DNA from: Balanoglossus misakiensis | Taxonomy: Eukaryota; Animalia; Hemichordata | Reading direction: 5' to 3' | Assembly (NCBI GenBank): GCA_040954595.2 | Contig: CM082581.2 | Span: 4,890,699-4,954,698, forward strand | Length of the DNA: 64,000 bases | Shown here: piece by piece, positions 53,301 through 64,000 of the stretch | How positions within the stretch are numbered: the stretch's first letter is position 1 | Layout: each line of letters starts with the position of its first letter | Program-made: the position numbers and the translations under genes | The notes under the pieces: model-generated | Told to the model about the DNA's origin: nothing | Databases searched by the model: none | What the model saw: only the letters and a program-made list of their open reading frames with translations

Positions 53301-53889
53301 ATTGCTACGGTAATTGACCAAGTCTCGCGAGATCTCGCAGTGAGTGGGAAAACATCTACTAGTATTTATTTATACTGTGAGACATATGTGGGATTTTAGC
53401 AGCCATTGTTCAAATGAAAGTCTGTCTGTTGACATCTTTGAAATACAAATGTTAGTATTTGACCGAATGCTGCAAAACGTGCAAGACAACTGCGGTCAAA
53501 TGTATGATACGAATTCGTGAAAAACTTCAAAATGATCACCTGAGGGCGCTTTTCTGAGGTGTCCTTGGAACAACATCGGGAGTTTCCAGACACTGTGAGT
53601 GTCCTATAGCTATACCAGCCATCTTCACTGAGGCAGTTTTACACGACAAAATCTGTCGAAATCCGATTGTTTTTATCTCATTAAGCAAATGATACCAAAT
53701 ATTGATTGATCGACCGATAGAAAAATATTGCATGACTTCATAGTATATCATTATCTATTCACAGGTGCCTTGAGTGGTGTGAACGACACTTTGATGTTAT
53801 ACAGTTTGATCGGGTTCAGTCTAGCTATACTGACAGTTCCTTTTGTACTGCTACTGTTTGTCTTCGTTCTAATGAAGAAAAGGGAGTGA
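49289..53889 (+). CDS. Type I membrane protein: signal peptide, two C-type lectin domains, Ser/Thr-rich stalk, TM helix, very short tail (~502 aa)
   Basis: Nine exons (49289-49376, 49729-49899, 50145-50283, 50805-50893, 51389-51574, 51954-52101, 52437-52507, 52627-53118, 53765-53889) total 1509 nt in frame. Motifs: TWMEARDHC, WID, WEPDN, WFDWNC..FFCQ; a second CTLD with WIDAV..C..C..FVCKY; TM LYSLIGFSLAILTVPFVLLLFVFVLM; tail KKRE*. Confidence 0.86.
50346..50537. repeat. (CTGT)n/(CATA)n microsatellite
   Basis: Simple repeat, intronic. Confidence 0.97.
53156..53359. mobile_element. Degenerate MITE-like repeat; related copies at ~49578-49695 and ~31860-32105
   Basis: AATAG..TTTTCCGAACTCAACGAGA..TCTCGC..GGCTA..CAGTTTAT..TTTTGTT.AACTCTGCA is shared by 49578 and 53156. 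The imperfect TIR ..GAGATCTCGCAGTGAGTGGGAAAACATCTA resembles the reverse complement of the 31861 terminus. Confidence 0.6.
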
Positions 53890-56796
53890 TCTTAGTGTAC
53901 TTATTTCATTTTACGTGGTGCACACGTGACTTTGACGCCATATATACCTCTTATATACAGTATCTACATTGTGAACAATATATTTCGAATGGCAACGTTA
54001 TAAAGAGCGCCATCTATCGGTGTATTCTTTTGTTTGAATAAACAAAATCTTCTCCAACAAATCTGTGTTACTTTACGGTTTACAAATATGTCTAAGATCT
54101 TCCAATAGTTTAGGTATTTGTTGCATGGTATTAAACGCTGTAAAAAAAACTTCCATTGAAACTCAGAGAGTTTCAATGGAAGGAGGATGTGTAAAGATGT
54201 TGGACATCGGTAAACTTTGTGGACAAGAACAGAAAACAGTAGTTTGTGCAGAGAATACGCCGCTCTGTGTGCTTCACTGCCGCCCCGTTCTGCTGTTAAG
54301 CACCTACCGGCCTCTGGAATTCTCTGCAATCAGACAATAGCTCCGACGGCTTCAACCTTGAAGAAGACACAGACGTGGTGGATGGACACAGCGGGTAACT
54401 GAAACCGATCGCATCCCCGGCGCGTAAACAAATAATTAATCGTTCAACCCTTTATAGCGCCCCCGCGGGTTGTAACTGACTTGAGAGAAAGCCAAAAGCG
54501 CGGATAATAATAGCCGCAGAAGTGGAATTGAAAACGTTGATGATTTCGAAGTCGTTAATCGGGGATTAGGTGAAGAAAGAGGAGTAACTGTCCATTGATA
54601 GGGGATCAACACACGCTATGGGAGAACTCCCCCGTGTACAAATCACATGTAATTTCGTCTTCTTCAAATTAATACTATCGATCCGCTTATTATTCGGTTA
54701 AGTAGTAAACGAGAATATGTAATCGTAGACGCCTCACTCTAGATTTAGGAGTAGCGTGAGTCAACGCAGCTACGGCGTGGACAATGAAATTGATTCCTCG
54801 ACCACATTGTTTTTACTACAAAAGTGCTAACGATAATTTGGTTTTAAATCTGGACCTCTGATAGGGAGAAATGGCGCGGTGTCTGTTTCGTTTCCAAATT
54901 CGCGTCACGTCCGTTGCCGAGCACAGGGAGACAGGAGATGAACAATCGATGCCCCATACCTGACGCAATAAAACAAATCTGTATTCAGAGTCAAACAGTC
55001 GAGGTGTGCGCAACAACTTGTGAGGATCGCTCAAATGGCTTTCCCGACGCAATAAAGGGGGCTATCGCGGGATCGTTTTCAGACGATCTATTTGCTTTCA
55101 CACTGCAACGAGTATCATCAATCGAGTCTGGAGCGCTCTCAGACAGACAGAAGTGAGACAAGGGAAGCCGACGCTGCTCGTCAATGGGCATCCACTTAAA
55201 GCCGCTGAATTGTTTTCACGCGGAGATAGCGCATGTAATGGCCCAGTTGACGACAGTAATGAATTTCTAATGAACTTAAGCCTGCGTTCCATTTAAACTT
55301 CATTAATTGAATCAACTAAACGAGGGGAGATGAAAACGCGCAAGAAAAACAACGTTAGCAGGCGTGAAAGTTCCACATTTTTCATGGGTACCTTCCCCAG
55401 CGGTTACAGCGCATGCGATTGGTGCTGTCTCTAAGTTACCCGGAGAAGGTTGGTTTAACCACCAACCCCGCCAAGAAGAGTATATATATTTAAAATAAGT
55501 GATGATATTGCTTTTAGGCATAAACAATCATTAACTTACGTTACTTTGCGTCAATGTGTGTTATTGTCTCAGTTGAATTGACACAAGGTTAGTTCATCCA
55601 AAATGTGAAACGGGTACATTTTTCGGCAGTGTGGCTTTTTCTAGCGATCCTTCACTCACTAAATATTTCATTTGATTGAAATAATCATGTAAAAAGTTTG
55701 TAATTTGACTGTCCGAGGTACACCTTTGAGTCGGACCTTAGCAGGTCAGAAAAAATGCGTCACAGCGCCCCCTATACATAGTGGCCTGTCAGTGCGATCA
55801 CCAAGCGGACTATTATAATTACTAGCAGTCGTCAACAAATGCATGATCACCATATCCTGATTACAAGTGGATAATACGGCCACTACAACTCCACACTTTG
55901 ACCACTACTATTTTCCCACCAAAATGTTTGTGCAACATTTCACAAATTTACAAACTTATCTCTACTTTCTACTAACTTTTTTTAGACAAAATGAGCATAA
56001 TTATCCATTCATTACAGGTCCTGATAATTTTTTTGTAAAAAAAAAACAATTTTGAATCTTATCGCGCTGAAAGGCGACTGCTCTGGACTGCGCGAGAACA
56101 CCGTGCAGTACGTTGTCGGTACAGGGGAACTGGGCGTTAGGGGTGTGGTCACGGCGTCCCTCCCATCAAAGGACTAGAGGGTGGGCTATTATCATGTGCG
56201 ATAAATTTAATGAGTGTACATGGACGAGCAGTACTTGATACAATGCCGGCAAAAAATTCCTGCCTTTCAAATGTTTGTTTTTTCGTTACGACTTCGTCCT
56301 TGTCCAGTTTTATGGTCCAGACATCCTGAAACGGTTAGGTCCGCCCGTCCTAATGGACATCTAAGATTAGCGACAACACCAGGATGGTTCTGAAGGCGGT
56401 GATATTGGGTGGCCAGCCACTCAAAGAAGAACAGAGTCGAGGGGTGGAAACAAACAGACAGACAAGACTTCAGGAAGAGCTGCTTGGGTGGGTTTGGAAG
56501 ATAGGAAGATGTTGCAGACTTAAACTTTGGAGGTAGAACGATCCTACGAGACAGAAAAAATAATCCTGGAAATATTTCTGAGTCCAATCTAAGCATATGC
56601 TGGAATCTACATGTAAAGGCATTGTTTTCATAAAAGGGGAGGTGTTTTAATTAATATCCATTCAATTGATCATAGACAAGTTTTATATAAAGTTAGCATC
56701 TCCCTGGTGCAAATAAATAAACTCTTCTTGGAATGCATCATGAAAAGCGAGACTGATAGTAAGTTCAGATTCTTATTATAATAATTCTCCAGCGCA

Positions 56797-56982
56797 AAGG
56801 TATACAGTCACCTCCAATTTACATACGACCATATATGACCGAAATGGCGTATTTGAGCGTTCTAAAGAACAAATGGTGACGCTCTTTTTTCGCGTGTGCC
56901 ACCCACTGAAAATCTATGATTGGCCAGATCTCAATTTGCCATGGTAACGATAGCTAATTTTCCACAGGTGACCGTATAAGCT
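56797..56982. mobile_element. MITE-like element with short terminal inverted repeats
   Basis: Termini AAGGTATACAGTCACCT / AGGTGACCGTATAAGCT. The internal sequence matches the copy at 34750. Confidence 0.65.
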
Positions 56983-59900
56983 ACTTTTTGGGTGACGTGA
57001 TAGTTTATCCGTGTGCAATAGTATCGTGTCAGTGCACATGAAAAGAAATTCGAGTTCAAATTTCGATAACTTTTATTACGATGTTGCTCTTCAACAGAGA
57101 CTGGGCAATCACCGATGTGATTTCGCGCTGAGTTGTCAAATACTGATGCAAGTTCCGAATTTTAATAATTGCTGAAGAAAATTGAACAACGTCATAAATT
57201 TGATTGTCGCCGCAATGGACATCGTTTACCAGTGCATGTGAAGTTTTTGAAATGCTATTAGCCGAAACTGGCTAAGCTTTCTTGATTTTCCATTGTATAC
57301 AGTCAAACCTGTGTTAGTGGCCACCCCTATATAGCGCAAACATGTCCATGATGTTACAGTCCTTGCGCAGGTAACATGTAACATGTATATCAATGGATGC
57401 GTGAAAGCCACTTTAGGAAAGTCCCCTGACTGGCCGCTATAGACAGATTTGTCTGTATATTGTTTCTGGTAACTTGAAAATCTACTTTCTTTTATTTTAT
57501 TTTAGATTTCTGCGAGATTACATATTTGACGTTCCACTATTTGTATTTCAATGCGGCAATGACTTTCACCGTCGGACACGGTCGTCTCCAGCTAACTATG
57601 AAAAGTCAACAAACAAGAAGGGTCATTTTTGAACTGACGTGTGTGGTAGCCCGGACCTCAAGCAAGAAAGGCAGTACTAGTTATAGTTTTCCCATGGTCT
57701 TCCCATCTGTAATATGTTTAAAAGATAGTTTCTTTAAAAGTCGTTTCGTAATGTTTGTATATATGAGTCTGCAGTCTGGCCTTGCCTCTAATGCTTCTAA
57801 TAGTGTAACATTAGCATCGGTACCTGTGTTACAAGGCGACCGGTTGTCGTCCAGTCAAGAAACATTATCGTCCAATCAATCACTCTCCAATTGTGGCGAC
57901 AAATTGAGCAATCAGCGACAAGTATGGGCCATCACTTTGGTGACCTTTGACACAGTCGCCTAGTCTCGAAATGGGAAACTTGTAGGCTGATTGCAGCGCG
58001 ATGTGACGCGGGCGGATATCGTGACCTTTCCCCGTGTCCCGCGGTTAGCATAGTTTCAATATTGCGATAATTTTAATAACCTTATGGTAGATGACCCAGA
58101 ATTTACTGTTTATATTGGTACAACATATATGGTCTGCAACCCGCGTATGTGATCAACGTAACTGTACTTTTTTAAAAGAAATTATTTTTTTTACACTGAA
58201 ATCATTTTTGATTTTAAGTATCGTTTGGGATTTTTCTGTTGTCATGACAACGTTGCAGTTTTGACTGCAGGAATGTAGGAAAATGTGCGCATCCGCTGCC
58301 TGGTGGCTATCTCACTACGGCCTGCATTGTGATTGGGGCAATCGGTCTTTGATATCGGTGACGCAAACGTGTTGGTAACCAGTGTGTACGTCATTAATCT
58401 CGGCTTCTATGTGATGGATCGCTTTCTAATTCCTATCCTATTAGCAGGAGTTGATACAGACAAGAATGTGCTTATGTAGTCGATTAGCTCCATGTAAAAG
58501 ATGTCGGAACACTTTAAAGGGACTATAAATAAACATTATTCCACGGTGTAAAAAACACTCGTTTAAAATGTATAGTATTCGGTGAAAACATTGGGTCTCC
58601 GTTTACATGGCCAATTCTGCCTTGCCGACCATTCTCACATGCTTGAGGAGGGTTTTCTTAAGCAAATGAGCTTCTGAATGCTTCGCTGCTTTGGTATAAA
58701 GAGAAATACTACCAAGGATCAACGAAGGCAGCAAAATACAGTACAAAGGCTTTCCGCGATAACCTGCCCTTTGTTTCTATTATTTTGAGTCGATTACAGA
58801 AGTTATTTTCTCAATTAGGAATTTACATTTCTCTCAACAGAAAACAGAGTGGCGTGCCTTTGGAGGAAATTAGAATGCGCTACAAAAATATCTAGTTAGA
58901 AAAGCTTTGGATAATGCTGAACCTCGTTCAGTGTTCAGGGCAAGCAACGGTTACCTTCAACGCCCCCTGGGGTATGAACCGCGGACGGAGTCTTAAAGGT
59001 ATAGACGTAAGCTGCGCCAATGCAACCCGTCGGGTACGAAGCCAATCCGAATTCCAATACTGGCGGGGCCCGGTGGCGGCTCTCCTGCAGAAGCTCATTA
59101 GGACGACGAACACACGGACCTCTCTGATTGATCACACGTGTTAGCCCGGGTAGCTGGAAATTGCCCGGCGTTTCAATTTCAGACGCCCTTTATTAGCTTT
59201 GACAAGCTTTGCTTTTGGCCTTAAGTACCTTAATCAAAGCAATCATAATTTTTGGCAACGCACAATTGGGTGGCGAAATTGTATCTGGCGTTTATGGGGA
59301 TCGTTTCAATTTCACGTCAGAAATAATCTGGATTGTAACACCTTATCCGCCAAGCGTTTCTCTCTGGGCAATTTATCTCGTGATTACCGGGCGACTGAAA
59401 TACTTGAGTGCAGTTAAAATCCGGTAACTGGCAGACGAAAAGCTTAATTTAAAGTTGTGTGCAAGAATACTGCTTTAATGCACACCCCACCGTTCATTTT
59501 ATTTCGATGATTGTCCCTCCTGAGATAACTCGTGTTGAAAGATTTTCTCATAAGGTCACAAATAAAGCTTAGGTACTAGTCTTGACGTGACTTTAATGAT
59601 TTTATTTCTCGTCCGATTTGAGTGGATTTTACACGGATACAACGATGGGATTTCGATTTAATTTCAAGTATAGAGTTCTGTGTACAAAGGAATGGATGAC
59701 AGATTTCGAGAAAAATATGGAGAAGGAAGATTTGATCGCGAATCCACTGTATACATCTACTAGTACTTTTCGTTCTCTTCAACAGTTCGTAAAATTCCAA
59801 AGGTTAAAGGGCCACTACCTGTAACTTCTATTTCGTGTCTCAATTATATTATATCCCACCACGCAGTTTTCTGCTTGTCCAAAAGTTATATTTATTTGTA

Positions 59901-62335
59901 CGGGCCGTTGTTATTGTTGACAAACTCGTTCTAGTCCGGACTTGAATTTAAATTTCAAAGAAATAACAATGTTGACGGTGTAGACATGAGTTGTATTGAG
60001 AAGATAAATACTGGTCACTTGATCTTGCTTTTAAGGAACCGATCAAGAAAACGTGATCGATACACAGTACAAAAAGACTGGAAAAAATAGTCAAACTTTA
60101 CTGAATTTTAATTCGAAATGCCGAAAGTCCTTTTAAACCTCACGTCAAACTTTTACGGCCAATCGAAAAACAAATCCGGAAACGAAGTCAAACAGATATA
60201 GAAACATTGTCAAATTGCACAAAATCACTTTACTTTGACTGCAAGAATTCAATGCGCCGTATCCGGACCCAAGGTTACATTTATGACCTCTCAACGAGCA
60301 CTAAATTTTCGAAATAGCAAAACACCACTGAACGTAACGACCCATTTGACCTTTGTGCATAATTAAACGTTTTCTTGTGATGGGCTTTCAATTCTGTGAC
60401 GTGGAGCCTGTTCTCAACTTCAATTTGTCCAAATGGTAAATAAAGCGAGCGAACGACAATATTTGACCTTTCGAGTGATTTGTCAATTTATGCCCGTGAC
60501 TTGTGATAGTATCCGAGATGTTGCGTTCCAAGCTCTCCCCGCATCGAAAATTCACCAGTTTATGATCCTGAGTTATACTGCAAGTGTAACTCTTTCGATA
60601 TGTCAGCCCTTTTAACCCAACTCTCCATACTGAAAATTTGAGTAAAGAATGGATCTCAAAACCAAGATGGATCTGACAAAATCACTAAATATGGAAGTCG
60701 CTTCAAAATACGCATACCTTCAGTTAAATGTTGGTCACCGACAAGCTTCGGGAGTTTAATTTCACGAATATTTAGTCACTTTCAAAGGTGTGAAAGCCGA
60801 GAGAAATTCAGTAAAGACTGACTGGATATGCATTGTTTACAAATAACGAGTGTGAACGATGTCCAACGTACTCAATGAAATGATTCTACTGTATTTCACT
60901 TTCTATTTTGCAGTGCTTTTTTTCTTTTCTAGTTAATAAAATCAGTCAAGACATACAGATACAGTCTCTTGCCACGCAAATGATCATTTTTTCGCCAAAT
61001 TAGGGAGAGACATGTTTCCTATAATCGCTTCGGAATCTTTCTTAACTGACCGATAAGATAATAACAAGTGGTTCCCGAAGGCCGTTGCTTTGACGAATAA
61101 AATCTATTCCCATCGGTGAGCGTTCCCACGGACAAGAGGCGGGGGAAATACCGATGTCCGGATTTAATTCAGGCGCAAAACACGCGTGCGCGCATCAAGA
61201 ACACAGATGGCCAATCTGACGCAGTGGCGAGTTGGTAGACATCAAAGCAAAAAAAGAACAAAAAACACGTTCACGGTTTCTCTGTAATGCATATTGATAA
61301 CCACTTGAAGGTGCGCAGTACAAAAGAGTTTAACAGCTTGTTACGAAAACATTATTGGAGATTCTTTTTGTTGTTTGCCACGCTAGTCTTTATCGGCCTC
61401 GATTTGCGGGGCCTCCCAAACGCCTTTCGCTGCAAGAGCCAGCGTCGCAATTGCATCGTTCACAGCTAATGGAATGTAACGCATAAAACTTTATTAACTG
61501 TCTCAATGCGGTGTTAAGAGGGTCAATACACAGCCGGCAAACTCAAGGAAGCTCCTCGATCGCCCTTTTCAGAAAATCCCAGACAGGGAATCTTTGCCAG
61601 CCGCTCCTCCCGCCATCGCCGATTTTCCACGGGGCGACCAGAAGTTTGTCTGGAATCGCCGGACAGGCTGCAAAATAAATGTTTTCTGATTACGATTGGA
61701 TTTGTGGCATTACGAAAAAAAAGTTCCCAAACTTTCTGCATTGCGTGTTTGAATAACTGGGGTTTGATGATGTTCGGATACGAGTTCCAAGGGGTTGGTG
61801 GTGTGATCCATGCATTAAATAATGAGAAAACAGGCAAACACGTACACAGCCTTGTGTAAAGTTAAAAGCGACGGATGGCTGCGTCGTTGATCGTTTAGCA
61901 GTCATCGAAGTCTCCGTGTAATAAATTGTACGTGTCGTTAACACCTGTATTGCAAGTCTGTATCCAAACACTGTCACTACATAACTGAAGTAGCAACTAT
62001 TCGCAAGAAATACAAAACTAAATATTGCACACTGTTAAATATCTATACTGTTACGTGATATTATATTTTTGGACAACTTGTTCAAGTATTTTTGATTCTG
62101 AGACAGAAGTTCTTCTTTAAAGATTTTTTGTTTAGAAATAAGGTTATGTAGTCATGATATTGTACTCACTAATTGTTTCGTTAATTGAATTTATTTAAGA
62201 CGCAATCCAGGAAACATTCAAGAAAAAACGAGGGTGCACCAAGAAGAGTGTATTCTCAATGAAAGTTGCACAGACCAAGTGAGCCTGAGTATTTCCCAAC
62301 AACCGTTCTTGGATTTAAAGTCATTGGGCAACAAG

Positions 62336-62384
62336 AGTCTCTCTCTTTCTACCCTCCCCTCTCCCTCTCTCTCTCTCCCTCCCT

Positions 62385-62429
<45 letters not shown>

Positions 62430-62442
62430 CTCTCTCTCTCTC
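62336..62442. repeat. (CT)n-rich microsatellite
   Basis: Polypyrimidine tract. Confidence 0.95.
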
Positions 62443-63840
62443 TGAGGGACTTCTCGTAAGGTCATGACGACGCAAATCAAAGGAATGATATAGTCAGCGG
62501 ACCAAATATAGAGGACCTCAAAATTATATATCCTTTCCATCCTATTAATTAAATTAGTGTCGACAATATCAAAAGAAGGTTCTAAGTATCGAATGAATTG
62601 ATTATGAATTAGAAATGGTATCCGACAAAATATAAGCTTCTTGTCTATGAGTTAACATTCGGTGTATAGTTACGCGCACGCGCACTCTTCTCCTTTCCCG
62701 ACATCACAGCCGCTCCTCGATTCGCTGTAGCGCCGCAACCTGCGGGGAGAGATGGCGACGCGTGATATCTGAAAATAAGGACGCGGATATTGACAATATG
62801 AATCCAATTTATCAAAACACCGCGCCGTAATGAACAAGTCGTAATCGGGTTTTATTGAATTGTATCTACCTTTGATTGTTGTTAGCGATAATAGGCTTAC
62901 GGAAATTGAACATGTACAACACGCTGATCCGCCCAGAGTTCAAACTGTGCATCACCCAAGAAAACTGAATCCCCCACTCGAAATTGTGAATGATTTTTTT
63001 ATAACTTTATTGAAATTTATTTAGAAATACATTTTTTTCGTGATATTCTCCGTCATTTTATAGCGAACTTCCGTTAATTCTATCGTTATTTGCCGTTAAT
63101 TTCACCCCTGTCTATTCATTGTAAATACATGACTGTGTCCGGAAATTAATTAATTTATCAATGCTAACAATACAGTATGCATCGTGAATTGAGCGTTTCA
63201 AGGTAAGTCGGTTAGAACCCCGAAGTTTTCCGTATGACAAAATTACATTTTTTGTTTGTCTTTTTTTCTGCTTCGCGACGTGATCAAGTGCAAATACCAC
63301 TGAATCTTTTATCTGATTTGGATTTGGCGGTAGTAAAAATAATACACACATCAATTACTAAGTTTCGAATTTAAGGAGAATTGGTCGCGAATTATCCTCA
63401 TATTAGGTATTATCGCAAAGTCGATGAATAAAACTATATATTCTAGTGAAATGATTTCACGCCAAATGACATGAAAATATACGATATATACAGAGAGCTT
63501 TTGTTGTTTTATATGTCCAATAATACGCAAATTACACTATTTCATTAGAGGAACGAGTTGTTTTATCAGCTTCATCTTTATGCAAATCGGTTAACTTGAT
63601 AAATATTGCGACTTTTGTTGGGCATCAGACCATTGCTCAGCACAATCATGTACAGGGAATGTCAAAAGTTATTGGTCGTGGTTTTCTCAACTTGCAAGTT
63701 GTTATTTGGGCCATGTTAGCATGGACACTGTTTGTTTACGCATGAGCCCAGATACGGGACCTTTCGGTTTCCAGTAAACGTTCTGACTGGTTTTTCAAGA
63801 ACAGAATGTTTGAAGACACTTATCTGGACGCCGCTCCACC

Positions 63841-63848
63841 TATAAATA
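63841..63848 (+). promoter_or_regulatory. Candidate TATA box of a gene starting at or after the right edge of the window
   Basis: CTATAAATA followed by GC-richer, 5'UTR-like sequence; forkhead-type TGTTTAC at ~63673. Confidence 0.4.
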
Positions 63849-64000
63849 ACCAGAGATCCCACAGCGTAATACAGCTTACGCTCGGCGTTGGCTACGCTCC
63901 CGTGAGCATCCGATGGCCCCCGTCCTCCTCACTTTACCCATTACCAATGAAAAGGAACGAATAAATTTTCATTTGTTTCTTTTAAAATCCAAAAATCCCC

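Noticed and set aside
1-64000. CRISPR arrays, operons or other prokaryotic systems; frequent TACATGTA palindromes
   Set aside because: The sequence is eukaryotic and has no repeat-spacer arrays. TACATGTA is scattered through the non-coding DNA and looks like a genome-wide compositional trait, not a locus-specific signal.

Overview
Intron-rich animal genomic DNA, not prokaryotic. Gene content and repeat style suggest an invertebrate deuterostome, possibly a hemichordate (inference). Splicing exons by hand at GT-AG boundaries gives seven protein-coding genes: EXOC2/Sec5 (-, 5' part only), head-to-head with INTS11 (+, 22 coding exons including a 12-nt microexon); a type II TNF-superfamily ligand (-); an NXPE-family SGNH/PC-esterase (+); MOXD1/DBH-like monooxygenase (-); a secreted proteinase-K/aqualysin-type S8 subtilase fused to three C-type lectin domains (-, ~775 aa); and, divergent from it across a tRNA-Ala(UGC), a type I membrane protein with two C-type lectin domains, a mucin-like stalk and a KKxx tail (+, ~502 aa). 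There are also several MITEs (two with clear 9-10 bp TSDs), a 280-bp foldback and many microsatellites. The last ~10 kb has no recognisable gene, carries co-oriented CTCF-like motifs and ends in a TATA box. The most interesting item is the single-chain lectin-subtilase and its divergent lectin-receptor neighbour. All gene models were built by eye; no database searches were run.
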